NCBI RefSeq assembly: GCF_006345805.1
Contig: NC_042997.1
Span: 38,006,001-38,070,000 of the forward strand
Direction: 5' to 3'
DNA length: 64,000 nt
Source of the DNA: Octopus sinensis
Taxonomy: Eukaryota
Positions 12,457 to 25,681 of the stretch are shown piece by piece (the stretch's first letter is position 1; the number at the start of each line of letters is the position of its first letter). The position numbers were made by a program, and so were the translations under genes. The notes under the pieces were generated by a model. The model did not search any database, was not told where the DNA came from, and was given only the letters and a program-made list of their open reading frames with translations.

Positions 12457-12868
12457 CATACGTATTTTTTTTTATCAGTTTTACAGTTATCATTGATGGG
12501 TGATTTTATGATTTCAAGGTTGTAGATAACAAAAATTTAGCCAGAAAATTCATGGCATAAAAACTGTCATATTTCGTTCGCTGTTTCAGACATACGTATG
12601 TTTTTTTTTATCAGTTTTATAGATATCATTGATGGGTCATTTTATGCTTTCAAGGTTGTAGATAACAAAAGATGTAACCAGAAAATTCATGGCATAAAAA
12701 CTGTCATATTTCGTTCGCTGTTTCAGACATACGTATGTTTTTTTTTATCAGTTTTATAGATATCATTGATGGGTCATTTTATGCTTTCAAGGTTGTAGAT
12801 AACAAAAGATGTAACCAGAAAATTCATGGCATTAAACTGTCAAATGTCGTTCGCTGTTTCAGACAGTT
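12457..12868. repeat. Minisatellite, three copies of a ~135-bp unit
   Basis: Units start with catacgtat at 12457, 12591 and 12728. Confidence 0.95.
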
Positions 12869-13039
12869 CTAAATCTACAATAATTCGATTTGACTTTGCT
12901 TTCAAATAACCTTAGTGTAATTATCCCTAATGAACAAATACATGCACACATGCCATCATGCACAAACGCTCACACACACACACACACACACACATACACA
13001 TACATACATGCAACGACATACACATATACATACACACAC

Positions 13040-14150
13040 AAAGTAAGATCTTCTGGCATCAATGCGCTTGCCGAGCTGCAACCACATCATTAAAGCTCAG
13101 GGACGTTCTCCAAAATAAAAGTACCCAGGACCCTCTCACGGCCTCCTTCAGCGTCTCATTGTTTTTGAAAACAACTGCCTCAGGTTCTCAGCTTGGAGAA
13201 CAACCAAAAGCTACATAACTCTAGGTCAGGAATGTAGTGAGCGGGTGTGTAACAGTTACAATACCAATATCTCTCAAGTAGTTGGTTACCAGTACGGAAT
13301 TGTGAACTGGTGCATTTTCCTGGAACAGGTACCATCACCCGAGTGGAAGAGCTCTGTACTTTAGCGACGAATCACTTCCTGAATTTCATTAACACCTCTA
13401 CAAAGGACTCTTCGTTAACCAACTGACATGGAGGAGCCCAGGGGACGTAGATAATGCACCCGCTGTCTAAAAACTGGATCATCTTGAGCCTTCCAATGGA
13501 CTTGAATTGTCTGACGTACTTAGGACTGGAGGAACCGGGATGCTTCCCTTGCTCACTATGTTTCTTGGTCTGAGAATCATAACAATAGATCCAGCTTTCG
13601 TCGAAGGAAGCCAGACACTGAGGCACTCTTGGATTGAAGGTTCTGAGCTTAACCATCTTCTTCTTGAATACAACATGTCTTTCCTTCTCTCTATCACTGG
13701 CACCCTGGGAACAAATTTACCACTAATTTTGCGCAAGTTCAGATCTTCACAAATAATCATGTGTACTGTAATCACACCAACTCCAAAGTGTATGCTTATC
13801 GTGTTTATAGACTCGCGACGGGCTGCAATCAAAATTGCGAATTTTCTCAAAAACTTCTAATGTTCTGACACCCCTCTATCATTCACCCCTCCCATCACTT
13901 TTTTTCCTCTATAACGGCCTTGAACAATATTTACCAGCGAATAATACACTAGGCTCTTCTAAATTAATCTATAATCAGTCTGAAGTATTTCATGAGTTTC
14001 AGTAACGTTTGTACACCGTTTAACACAAAACTTTATGGCATAGTGAGCTTCTAAACTGTCTTTATATCCCAGCTGCATTGCGCAAATTAGTCATCGATGA
14101 CAAGCAGTGCTTAGTAGAGTCTGTTCAAAACGGTGTTCCAAATCTCTCCT
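13040..14150 (-). mobile_element. Tc1/mariner (mariner-type) transposase relic
   Basis: EDLNLRKISGKFVPR (WVPR-type motif), FDESWIYCYDSQTKKHS (first catalytic D), WYLFQENAPVHNS (HDNA-type motif), then decayed YSPDL/FWLF; frameshifts and stops. TIRs not resolved. Confidence 0.88.
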
Positions 14151-14172
14151 TCAATATAGAAACTATTCTAGT

Positions 14173-14340
14173 TACAAGGCCCGAAATCTTTGGAGAGGGG
14201 GGCCAGTCGATGAGATCGACCCCAGTACGCAACTGGTACTTAATTTATTGACCCCGAAAGGATGAAAGGCAATGTCGAACTCGGCAGAATTTCAACTCAG
14301 ACGAAATACCCGGCGTGCTAACGAATCTGCCTGCTCGCCG
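14173..14340 (-). mobile_element. SINE family C (internally deleted)
   Basis: atcgaccccagtacgcaactggtacttaattt..gaccccgaaaggatgaaaggc...ccggcgtgctaacg..tctgcc.gctcgccg. Confidence 0.88.
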
Positions 14341-14549
14341 ATTTCCTTCTTATATAGAATACGCAGGTGATAGTTCAGCTTATTAGAAGTATAGTAATAA
14401 TATACTGAAATTACAATAATCTACTATTGAAATAAATATGCGTGTTTGTTTGTGTGTGAGTGTCTATGCATGTGAGTGCGTGTATTTGTATATGTGTATG
14501 TATGTATTTATATATATATATGCATACATATATATACATATATATATTA

Positions 14550-14624
14550 ATGATAATTATAATAATAATTATTATAATTATAATAATAATAATAATAATA
14601 ATAGTAATAATAATAATAATAATG

Positions 14625-14681
<57 letters not shown>

Positions 14682-15011
14682 TCCCTAAAAGAAATGGAGA
14701 AACTCTCAAAATACAAAGACCTGGAAATAGAGGTAACTAGAATGTGGAATCTGAAAACAGAAACAATTCCTATCATAGTAGGTGCATTAGGCATGATAAA
14801 AAATATTCAGACAAATACGTAACAAAAACACCAGGACTTACAAACACATATAACATACAGAAAATTGCACTACTAGGCACTGCACACATCCTACGCAGAA
14901 CACTTTCCATACAATAACCATCAGAGCATCACAACAAATCACAGCACATACCCAAGGCACACAGAGCTGCGCTCGGTAGTGAAGTGAAAGCACGCTATAA
15001 AAATAAAACTA

Positions 15012-15098
<87 letters not shown>
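14550..15098. repeat. (AAT)n microsatellite split by the Dong insertion (14550-14680 and 15015-15098)
   Basis: Direct reading. Confidence 0.95.
14681..15014 (+). mobile_element. 5'-truncated R4/Dong-clade LINE (ORF C-terminus + 3' UTR) inserted in (AAT)n
   Basis: SLKEMEKLSKYKDLEIEVTRMWNLKTETIPIIVGALGMI, one A-run frameshift, then KTPGLTNTYNIQKIALLGTAHILRRTLSIQ* (stop 14915-14917). AAT repeats on both sides. Confidence 0.92.
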
Positions 15099-15099
<1 letters not shown>

Positions 15100-15250
15100 T
15101 GAAAGCAAAAGAATGAATGAAATCTCGATATTATGTAAATAGAGGAATTTATAAATATATAATATAGGATAATCAGTAAGTTATAATAATTCTCGGATAT
15201 TTGAAACAACTGACTGATTGTCATATATATATGTATGTATAATATATATA

Positions 15251-15325
<75 letters not shown>

Positions 15326-15328
<3 letters not shown>

Positions 15329-15445
15329 AATGTTTTGCGTAATGAGATAAAATCCAGGCTGTATAGATATTAGAGCATTTATAGATAAATGCTTTAATAT
15401 CTGTACACCCTTGGTTTTTCTATCTCATTACTATAAAAAATTCTT
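15326..15445. mobile_element. 120-bp hairpin (MITE-like) in a TA context
   Basis: ~56-bp imperfect arms around the loop TAGA (15382-15385); TA at both ends. Confidence 0.65.
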
Positions 15446-15755
15446 ATATACACACGCTGACATAGAACCAACGTCGAACCCTTTATTGGCAATATTATCG
15501 AATCTGGAACTTATCCATGGTCTGTCTATAACACTTATTCAGCATTACTTGACACCTTTGGGTCTCAATGACACCATTTAGGCAGTCATCGTAGCTGTTA
15601 TAATGTTTTGTTGTTGAGATAGGCTCTCTTTCTTTCCTGATGAGAAGATTGCATTTTACACCGTTTATTCATTTGGAATAAAACCAATGTTGTCTTCGAA
15701 ACATATCGAAAGTAAAAGAATTTTAATAACATCTGCGTTCAACTCCATTTATTTA

Positions 15756-15794
<39 letters not shown>

Positions 15795-15798
<4 letters not shown>

Positions 15799-16195
15799 GA
15801 TGCTGACCACCTTTTGTACTTACACTTTAGGTCCATCATAGCGCTTGATGTGATTCTTTAAACCAGACAACGTATTGAAAAGACACACATATGTTGCATA
15901 TCTGATTTGGACCAGCTTGAGCTGCAGTTAAGTTCTCATCTCTGTGGATCTTAAAATGTCTTTTGAAGCCTCCGTTAGCTTTGCAGACCTTATGACATAC
16001 ACGGCATTCAAAAGTTTGCACATATATGTAGGCTGTGTAATTGGTGGAAGTTCGCTTTTCATGTGTCCGCAAATGAGATTTGAGCCCAGCAAAAGAAAGG
16101 CACTGTCTGTTACAGACTCTGAACAAAAAAAGTCACTGAGATTCACCTCATTGATCAAAACATTCTTCTTTAAATCTCCCTTGAATTTTGCATGT
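15795..16195 (-). mobile_element. 3' end of an RTE-type LINE ORF with three C2H2 zinc fingers (frameshifted)
   Basis: AKFKGDLKK...DFxCRVCNRQCLSFAGLKSHLRTH, FECRVCHKVCKANGGFKRHFKIH and ICNIC..FNTLSGLKNHIKR; no TGEKP linkers; ends in (TA)n. RTE assignment rests on the K.KGDL-CxxC..GLxSH pattern. Confidence 0.65.
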
Positions 16196-16207
16196 ATATA
16201 TGCGTGA

Positions 16208-16251
<44 letters not shown>

Positions 16252-16569
16252 GAGAGAGAAAGAGTGGTACGAGACTTTAATGTTGGTATACCGAGAGATG
16301 GATTCTAGCGATTTGAGTGCATGGCTTGAAAATACCTCGGGTGGATACCCCTGGAAATATTTTCTTGTTGAATTCAATACTTTTGATTCGGTTTTCAAAG
16401 AGAAAGTTTTCGCTAACGCGGAAACATTGTTCAATCTTTTTAATGAAGAATGGAATTTATCGTTAGAGACAGAAGTTGAAGTAACAGTAGCGATAGTAAC
16501 ATCAGCTTCCGCTGCACTAGCAGTAGCAGACGAGAAGAAGGAATAGGAGTAAGAGTAGGACCAGGAAGA

Positions 16570-16596
16570 AAAAGAAAACGAAGAAGAAGAAGACGT

Positions 16597-16627
<31 letters not shown>

Positions 16628-16900
16628 GTAGAAGAAGAAGAAGAAGAAGAAGAAGAAGAAGATGATGATGATGATGATGATGAAGAAGAAGATGATGATG
16701 ATGAAGAAGAAGAAGAAGAAGAAAAATAAGAATAAGAAGAAGAGGAAGAGGACGAAGAAGAGGCATGACAAAGATGAAAAAGAACAACAACAACAAGAAC
16801 GCCAACAGCAACTACTACTACTATTACAACGACAAAAACAAAGAGAGGAAAGAGGGAAAAGTATGATGATAGCGTGATGATGATGGTGATGAACATATCA
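16570..16900. repeat. (GAA)n/(GAT)n/(CAA)n compound triplet repeat
   Basis: Direct reading; source of ORFs 15928, 16440, 16517 and 16662. Confidence 0.95.
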
Positions 16901-18699
16901 TGATGAAGACGGAGATAATGGACATGTGGATGTACATGATAATGACGATTTTAATGATGTGAACGTCAATTATATTTCAGTTTTAACTAAATGTTGGATG
17001 GCATGTAATAGCTTATATTTCCCTTTCTGATCGATTAACCAAATAACTGTTATAGATTAATTATATCGTTAGTATCACTTCACTTCAACTCATTGTCTTT
17101 TATAATGGCGTAATTTTTGCCTACTACTTCTGAATTTGAAAGCAATTTGCAATCGAATGAGGTTCATTAATTCATTTTCGCAATTATTTACTTTAGTTAA
17201 AGCTGTAGCGCGTCTTTATTGCTATATTTCCTTTAACTAACGCTCATTAGTTCGCTTAATTTAACAGTAAAATCTTGGTATTTGATCACTGTCTCCATCG
17301 TCTAAGAAGTGTTGCCTACATTACTTTACTGTTCAAACTTACAAATAGATATGTTACAGATGTAATAATAGAATTTATTCCGTCCCCGCAAAAGTATTTC
17401 CTAGATATATTTTGTAATGTGTAAATTAACTGTCAGCCATCTAGCCATTTTAGAATATGGTTATGTGTCTGGTTTTATAGCACTCGACAATTTTAATATA
17501 TTTATTACATTTTATCGTATTTACTTTTGTATAATTTCTGTCGCTTTTTGGTATGATGTTCTCTACTGTGCATTGCACCATTTCATTAACGACTGCTGCT
17601 CACATAAGTATGACAGAACAATTACATTGAAGTTATATATGTATTCTAGGAGGGAGAATATTTAATGAAACATGAAGAGAAAATATAAAAAATATTCAAG
17701 GTGCTATGGGCATTTATTATTATATATTAAAATGTTTCAGAAATGTTAACATTAACCGTAACCTACAAGCACGTTTAACATGATGCAAATTCTTCCCAGA
17801 AAATCCTCAATTGCTCACGAGATATAAGAAACAATTGAGGTAATCCTACGCAATCATTCAATCTGCTAGATATACCAGTCAAGCTTCCCTCAAGTCACAT
17901 TATACATTTTAGAGAAAGAAGAGCATATTGAATAAGTTAGTCCTAGGAAATCGAGATAAGGATGTTATACCAAGAGAGCTTTTAATCCGCACACAATCAC
18001 AAGAAATGAGCGAATATCTACAAGAATTAGCAAACTCTTATTATATATTAATTCTTAACATAAAGTATCTATCATGAACGTACTCAAAAGATGTGTTTTT
18101 ATATAATAGCATTTTCAATTGAACAAAGTGCTGCAATAATAGCAATGGTGAAAAGTGACAAAGCTGTTAGAGACAGCTCCAACTTATAGAAAGAATAAAC
18201 AAAATGAGTAGGAGAATAAATAAGATGCTCCATAACAAAGCATTATTAGGTAGTATATAGATAGGTAATAATAAACAGAACTCACATAAATAAATAATAA
18301 TATATAAAATAAATAACACTAGCAAAACGAAAATAACATGGCAGCTGCAATGAAATTGTGTGCGATATTCATCATCTCTCACACAATATTAATGCACGTC
18401 ATACGTACATTAAGTGTATTCTTTAATTCCTGGTATCAGCTACGAAGACGTACGCTTAGTGTGGGCATATTAATCAGACTAATTACACTCTTCTCTCGAC
18501 CTAGCATAAAGAATTTCAGCAGAGTAAAAATTCTGTCTTTATCATCTCTTTTTTGCTCAATTGACTCTTGATTAAGTTGATGGTATTTAGGCCTGAGCAG
18601 CAACGCTGTCCTTCAGTATTCCACCCATTTGAAGCATCTTACCTTTACTTCAGAATATGTTTCATATAAATAACAAGCACATATATTGACCATTACCGT

Positions 18700-19700
18700 G
18701 ATTACCCAAGAATCTCTGAGGCTACATCGGTCGCTGCGTATTCAAACTGATCACGGGTTTTCTGGAAGATGGAATGAAAGGCTGGAGATACAAACATACC
18801 AAAGTTATATAGGGTTAGACCCCCATCCGCAGGTTTTTCAAGGACAGTTACTGAAAAACTGAGTGGAACTGACCACTCTGTTCGCGTCTGCCTATAAAAA
18901 AAACCCCAGAAAAGTCTCAATAATTGGACACGCTGTCCAGGGGAGAAGTTGCATTTCTGGATTATGTTTCGAAGTACCACCTATTTACCATGGTTAATGC
19001 ATGTCCTCATTAAGTCAGTTTTTGTACAAATTTAGAGAGATATTGCCCATCTCGATTTTTGAGATACGATAATGATGACGTCGGTGACATGTACAGAACC
19101 ATCTCTACATTTGGATGAGATGAACTTTACAGCCTCCAACCAGCAAAGCAAATCCTCCATAGCCGAGTAAGGTGTAAAATCATGCCTGGTTAAAAGGCCG
19201 TGAAATGTGAAAACATACCTATAAGCGGCGTACTTTTGACGGACGAAGAAATGCCGATGTACATCCAACTTCTGAAGAAGTGGATTAAAGCAATGGTTTT
19301 TATGAATATTTGGGTAGTTGTTGTCAATGCCTAATCTAAATTTACCAAAAACTTATCAAAGTCATATCTATAGAAAACCTTCTAAATCTTTGCTGAGATC
19401 GATTTTCGCAACATTTCACTTCTCTGATCGCTCGTCACTGCAAGCTGTTTTGGTAGGATTCGATGTCCACCATATTGTGTCCATCACTCTTCGCGAACAG
19501 TTCGGCAAAGTGCTACTGAAAAGAAGCACCCGTCTACTTAGCACGGGTTCAGAGGCATTATATGTTGGTCGATGTAGCGTAAGTCATAGGAGAACGAAAT
19601 CTAAATTTGCGTCAGCATCGTATTCACCCGCTTCGAGTTATTGGAAAGTACCCGGAATCCTGAGACTAAATCATTATTTACTTTGTGTTCATTTAGAGTT
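18700..19700 (-). mobile_element. Heavily decayed L1/Tx1-like reverse-transcriptase region
   Basis: Motif-like pieces in the correct order on the minus strand: KIDLSK (~19400, DxSKAFD-like), AMEDLLCWLE..VTDVIIIVS (ALEPLL..YADDV-like) and LEKPADGGLTL (L..P..GGL.L). Confidence 0.45.
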
Positions 19701-19975
19701 CAGGTGATTTGTGGCTATAGAGACACAATGTGACTAAAAACTGGTGTCGCATATTGCCGTACACCAATTAACCGCGTGTGGTCATCGCAGTGTCATCAAA
19801 GAAGAAGAAACAATTCTCCTATGATATATACTACACCGACTACTATACTTTTTATCTGAACCTGCCTAGATATGTAAAGAATAAATATGCGAATAATCGT
19901 TTTATATATATATGTATGCATGTATGTATGTATAAGTGTACACACATATATATACACACATATAGGGACACAGAA

Positions 19976-20015
<40 letters not shown>

Positions 20016-20794
20016 GCACTGCATCAGGAATGATTCTGTAACATATTATTTTAAGATATGATCAGCTTTGTTCTGAATGTTTCCCAAGTGTTTACTAGCT
20101 CTGCTATAACAGCATTTAAATTTTCCTCAAATCAGTATTCGCGTCCGAAAAGTTTTCCTCAAATCTAGTATTCCAATTCGAGAAATACTACTTCTCAAAA
20201 AATATATAGAAGTGACGTTTATTATTGGGGAAAGGTTTGGTGTAAGTTGTAGCCAGGCAACAACGAATTCATCCCATTCCCTTTTTTTCATACAGATCGC
20301 TCTCGTACTAGCATATGATATAGTTATTACGTACTGAAAGAATGAAGGGAAAGAAACATAAATTTTTCAAAAACTATTGTGGTTAGGAACTCGATGGTTG
20401 TAGGTGTATAGGTGTTCTGGGTGTGAAAACCATGAGAGAAGATATTTAAATCTAGATTGCTCTTGTTCTGAGAGATAGCATGGTCAGACTGGACTGCGTT
20501 AAATGCAGAAGTCAGGAGGAAAAGAAACGTGTGAGTAGTTGGATTTAGCGAAGCATTCCTCAATCTACTAGTTTAGAGTTTTTCATTCCACGATTACTAG
20601 AACACGGCTCTGCGTTAGTGGATGGATGGATGGCACTAAGAGGAGTAGCTTTCTTTGAGTGTTCCGGGGAATATTTCCTAGCGTGTCTTATAATGTATCA
20701 GCAATTGCACCTAGTGCTCTCTGGCTTGCTAGCTCCTCAAACCGTACTGCCCATGCCACCATGGAAGTAAGACGTAAAATGATAGTGACGATGA

Positions 20795-20955
20795 TATGAT
20801 GAGCTTCTGTACAGTTTCCATCCCACAAATTTCACTCAGAAGGCAGTGATCAGCTCAGTGGTATGCTACTTGCCTAATGTGCCATGCAGTGGAATCGAAT
20901 CTAAAATGATGTGTTTGTGAAGGGAACTTCTTAAATACACAGCTATACCTACGCT
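20795..20955 (-). mobile_element. Old, degenerate SINE family A 5' half
   Basis: cagtttccatc..caaatttcactcagaaggc...cttgccta.tgtgccatgcagtgg..tcgaa. Confidence 0.6.
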
Positions 20956-21029
20956 CATTGGGAAAATTAGAAAGTTCCACACTTTCCAATGAAGCGTGGT
21001 TTATTGCATTCACATAGACTAAATCATTT

Positions 21030-21240
21030 TCCAGTTACTCAGCTGGAAAAAATGAATGGTACCTGTATTTCAAAGGGCCAGCCTTGTCACACTCTATGTC
21101 ATGTTGAATCTCCCTGAGAACTACGTTAAGTGTATGCGTGTCTGTGGAGTTCTCAGCCACTTGTATGTTAATTTCACGTGTAGGCTTTTCCGTTGATTGG
21201 ATTAGCTTGGACCCTTGTCGTCGTGAGTGACTGAGTGCCT
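21030..21240 (+). mobile_element. SINE family B-related central/3' region (headless)
   Basis: gtacctgtatttcaaagggccagccttgtcacactct...ttaatttcacg...ccgttgat matches 50045-50220. Confidence 0.8.
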
Positions 21241-22659
21241 AGAATAGCGAGGCCAAATATGTATTTCTATTTTGATGAATCATATAACCGACAGTGAAAA
21301 GAAATTCGTGTTTTGAGAAGCTTTACTTGCAATATTGTAAGTACAAATTTATCATGGTAGTTCGTTAGTAAGTATAAATCCGCGTTGGATGAGAAAAACA
21401 GAGGCCCAATAATTAATGATTGTATGTTGAAAGTATCAAATTTATGTAAGGCAAGAGTTAAAGCAAAATACAATTTCTATCAATTAACATACTCGAGGTT
21501 TCCTCTGGATATTCAATTATGCTAAAGTTCAACAAACACAACTAAAGGTAGCTTCATACCGTTAAGTTCCTTACAAAATTTGGTTTCCCTTCCGTCGAAA
21601 TAATAAATCATTTCTATTGCTTTCTAAGAACATGATAAGAACTGCATAGTTTATGTCTGAATGGTTAACTGTAGCTTTTGCAAGATAGTGAATACATAAT
21701 TATTATTTTGCTCTTCTCCAATATGTATGATATTGTGTTAATATAAGAAATAAAAATTGGGTGATAGCTAAATGTCTTTTTGTATAGAATACAACAATCA
21801 TTTTATTCTTCTGATATCAACAAAATCGGTGTTAGTAATATGCAAGCATGACTTTCAAAAGTTTCAAAACAATCGCCTTGATGTTCAGAATATTAAATTT
21901 CGTCACATGATTATTGTACACAGAGATTCTATACAATTACAAATATGAAAACGTTTATATTACTATTGTCGCTTCATTTTATAAATGTTATGTATTAATG
22001 CCTTATAATTATTGGTAATTAATATCTTAGCTAATTGGCTCTAATGTGATTAGTGTAATGGTGTAATCTGTCGATGTATTAACTTTTCACCCTTTCGTAA
22101 ACTGCGGAGAGTAATAAAATTATACAATGTACATCTACATCAGAAAACCTACGAATATCAACATATTACATTTGCAATCATTGTCAATAATAATTGAAAC
22201 GTCTTATCAAATACATTTATTTCTCAAGTATTGAGGGTTGAGTGTGATTAATATACAATTATTGATGCTGTCTACTGGTAATGTTTGTTAATTATAGTCT
22301 TCATAGAGGTCACTTTTGATTTAATTGCTTCATGGAGAGAAAGAAACGTTTTGGTTCAAGGAGATGAATTAAAATTGACCGCTCAAAATGTATTAATGTT
22401 GGAAAGCTTCGCAAGTGCGGCGAGTGGCAGAATCATTAGGATGGCAGTCTCAATTATGTTGTCTTCAATACATTTACCTTCGAAAGTGTATTGAGAACAT
22501 CCAGAACGCCTCAGATATCCTATCATAGGAACAACATTTTCGAAATGGGATTAAATTAAATTTGAAATTTTTTTAATATACAGAGAAAACTTATTTTAAG
22601 GAAATTCAAATATCTACCTACGAAATTTGAACGTTTATTGATATTGGTTTCAAATTTTG

Positions 22660-22850
22660 GCGTGAAATCAACAATTTTAAGGGAAGAGATATGTGGATTA
22701 TATTGACACACTACTCAGATGGTACTTATTTTATGGACCCCAAAAGTATGAAAGGCAAAATCGTCCTCGCCGGAATTTGAACTCAGAACGTAAAGACGGA
22801 CGAATTGCCACTAAGCAATTTGTCCGGTGCGCTAACGATTTGGTCAGTAC
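22660..22850 (-). mobile_element. Degenerate SINE family C
   Basis: ggtacttatttt..gacccc.aaag.atgaaaggcaaa.tcg.cctcg.cggaatttgaactcagaacgt. Confidence 0.75.
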
Positions 22851-25202
22851 ATACATATATGCATACATATATATGCGTTTATGAGTGAATGTATGTATAA
22901 TAGGTACACATACATTCACAAATACGAGAGATGGAGGGAAAATGTGTGAGAAAATAAGAGAGAGAAAAAGAAGATTGAATGAAGGCAAAACAGTCTTTGA
23001 CACGAAAACATCACATAGTACAGAACGATATTAAGTGAAGTATCATATCCACACCATGTCAGAGCTTTATACGCGAAAGGGAACAGTATACGCAATCACT
23101 AATCTTGTAAGAAATAACGACCGTTTCTCTAACAAATCACACCTCACCATTCCAGAATATTCATGTCCCATAGAATACCGTAATCGTAAATACATTGTCC
23201 TTAAAGCCAGACAGTATTATCACCACTCCATGAAATTTCACAAAGTTCTACGTAACAGCCATCTCCTTTGAATAATAATAATATATTCTTCAATGATATT
23301 ATATTACACAACAATAAATTTCTAATGCATATAATATATTAAATATTTTCTAATAATATATTTATTCAATAATAATATATTTCCATAATAACATATTGCG
23401 ACAACTGTTGATGGATAAATATTGTTAATTTTTTTTTATATAGATATAAGTTCAGTAATTGTAATGTAGTGTAATATATCGTTCTTTGTATGTTATCGTC
23501 GATTACTTTATGGAACTCCGCCGTATGAAATGCAAATTACGATTAAAAATTGAAAGCAAAATTTCAAGCAGAGTTGGTGAACCTAAACGCTTTACTACTT
23601 TCATTCCGATTCTATTTGCCTCAACCTTATGCACTGCTCTTGCTTGAAGTAACACATGAAATAATCAATTATTGAAACTACATGAAATATTAAAGGGAAT
23701 TAATATGATAAAATCAACATTTCGGATGCAGTATCCATTGGCTGAAATGTTTAGTGATAATTTTATTATTATTTGCTTGACGAGGGCAAAAACTATTCCA
23801 CCAGAACTATTGTATTTGGAATCCTAGAAAGAATATATTATCGTAAACATTAAAAAAAAATCTAAATTAAAATACCTAAACTTGTTCATGTGCAGACCAC
23901 TGCTGGCTGAAATACAGCTCTCTGATAGCCGGAACTATCACTGGATTACCACATTTCAACGATGGATGTCTCGTTTCACTAGAGCTTTTGTATAAAGCTT
24001 ACGGTTCATTTCAAATGTCATGTCCGCTTGAAAACATATTTGGATGTTATTCTCTCCCCACCTCCCCTCTCCTACTTTCACACTCTCTCTTTCAACTTCC
24101 CACTTTTTCTAATAAAATTGTCATCCAAAAGATTTTGAAATGAATTGTTTCATACCCACAGACAAGATTTTTTTTTTATGTTTCTTTGTTACAGGTTTTT
24201 TGTAAATCTGTTTCTTATACACCACCTATTTATTTCAGCGGTTTTAACACTGATGGAATTCTATCCTTCCAGTTTACTGAAGCCATTATAGTTTCTATGA
24301 CCGCAATACTAACACGCTTCCAACATAGAATAATGCTTATGTTCCATCGAAGTTAAATGTTTTTCCATAATTTGTACCAAGTCAAAGCTTTCTCATCGTC
24401 CGTATCATTTTATCAGAATCTATTCTTCCAGTTAGAAAATGCAGTTATGTGCAAATTAAATTAAACAAACGCTCCGAAAGAACGTAGATTCAACAGCTGA
24501 ATACTATGTACATTATGGGCTGCATGTGGAGGGGAAAATCAATTTCTTTTTCCTAATGTTCTGGTATGTTTCAATATTTACGAAATATAAGCCAGGTTAC
24601 TGCGCTAACGATTGCAATCCATGCAGCGCTCATAGAGCTGTATGAATTCCAGTCGTTTAAATATTCCTTGACTGCAAATCAATTATATAAGGGATAGGAA
24701 GTAAGTGTGTCTTAACTCATCGATTAATTCTGGGGTTGTAACAGAAACAGCCTTAATGAAATTCCATTCTCGTAATTAATTTATTTTCTGGCTAATTACT
24801 TCACCTCCATATGGAGTTGAGATATCTGTAGCCGTTTAAGCGTAACGTTTTAGGGAGTATTCTCTCTAATTTGTTATAAACCACGTACAATTTAAAGTTA
24901 ATACTAATGGCTAATGAATTATTATGTAACTGTTCAATATTACAGACACTTCACTCAGTTTTATTACTCTTCAATATTACATTTATACCTAAGTATAATT
25001 GAGTGCCGTTACCTTATATTGAACAATACCTAATTCAAAGGACATTCTAACCATCTAAGAATTTTATACTATCATTTAATGAAAAGAGCATCTTTGTAGT
25101 TTTTCAGGTTAACTATTGTAGAACTTACTGTCGTAAATGACAGATGAAGGCTCTGCAATATATTGCTGAAAAACTAGCACAGATGATTTGTTTAGCAAAT
25201 AT

Positions 25203-25346
25203 CTGTGCGGTAACCAGCCACATGGTTCCGGGTTCAGTCCCACTGCGTGGCATCTTGGGCAAGTGTATTCTGCTATAGCTCTGGGCCGACCAATGCCTTG
25301 TGAGTGGATTTGGTAGACGGAAACTGAAAGAAGCCTGTCGTATATA

Positions 25347-25428
<82 letters not shown>

Positions 25429-25680
25429 GTGTGTGTGTGTGTGTGTGTCTGTGTTTGTGTGTCTGTGTTTGTCCCCCTAGCATTGCTTGACAACCGATGC
25501 TGGTGTGTTTATATCCCCGTTACTTAGCGGTTCGGCAAAAGAGACCGATAGAATAAGTACTGGGCTTACAAAGAATAAGTCCCGGGATCGATATGCTCGA
25601 CTAAAGGCGGTGCTCCAGCATGGCCGCAGTCAAATGACTGAAACAAGCAAAAGAGTAAAAGAGTAAAAGAGCAAAAGAGT
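25203..25680 (+). mobile_element. SINE family A (head partly deleted) with long internal (TA)n(TG)n
   Basis: ccacatggttccgggttcagtccc B box, family body, (AAAGAGT)n tail. Confidence 0.92.
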
Positions 25681-25681
25681 A

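Noticed and set aside
12457-12868. CRISPR-like array
   Set aside because: Whole units are repeated with no unique spacers, and the context is eukaryotic.
15836-16126. Host C2H2 zinc-finger gene
   Set aside because: No TGEKP linkers, frameshifted, and begins and ends abruptly at microsatellites; it fits a LINE 3' end better.
15928-16896. 322-aa ORF, the longest in the window
   Set aside because: Stop-free mainly because it crosses (TCT/TCA)n and (CT)n tracts; it is a chimera of unrelated segments.
24193-24355. Strong plus-strand acceptors (24193, ~24237) suggesting an exon
   Set aside because: Frames close quickly, there is no donor, and no recognisable product.
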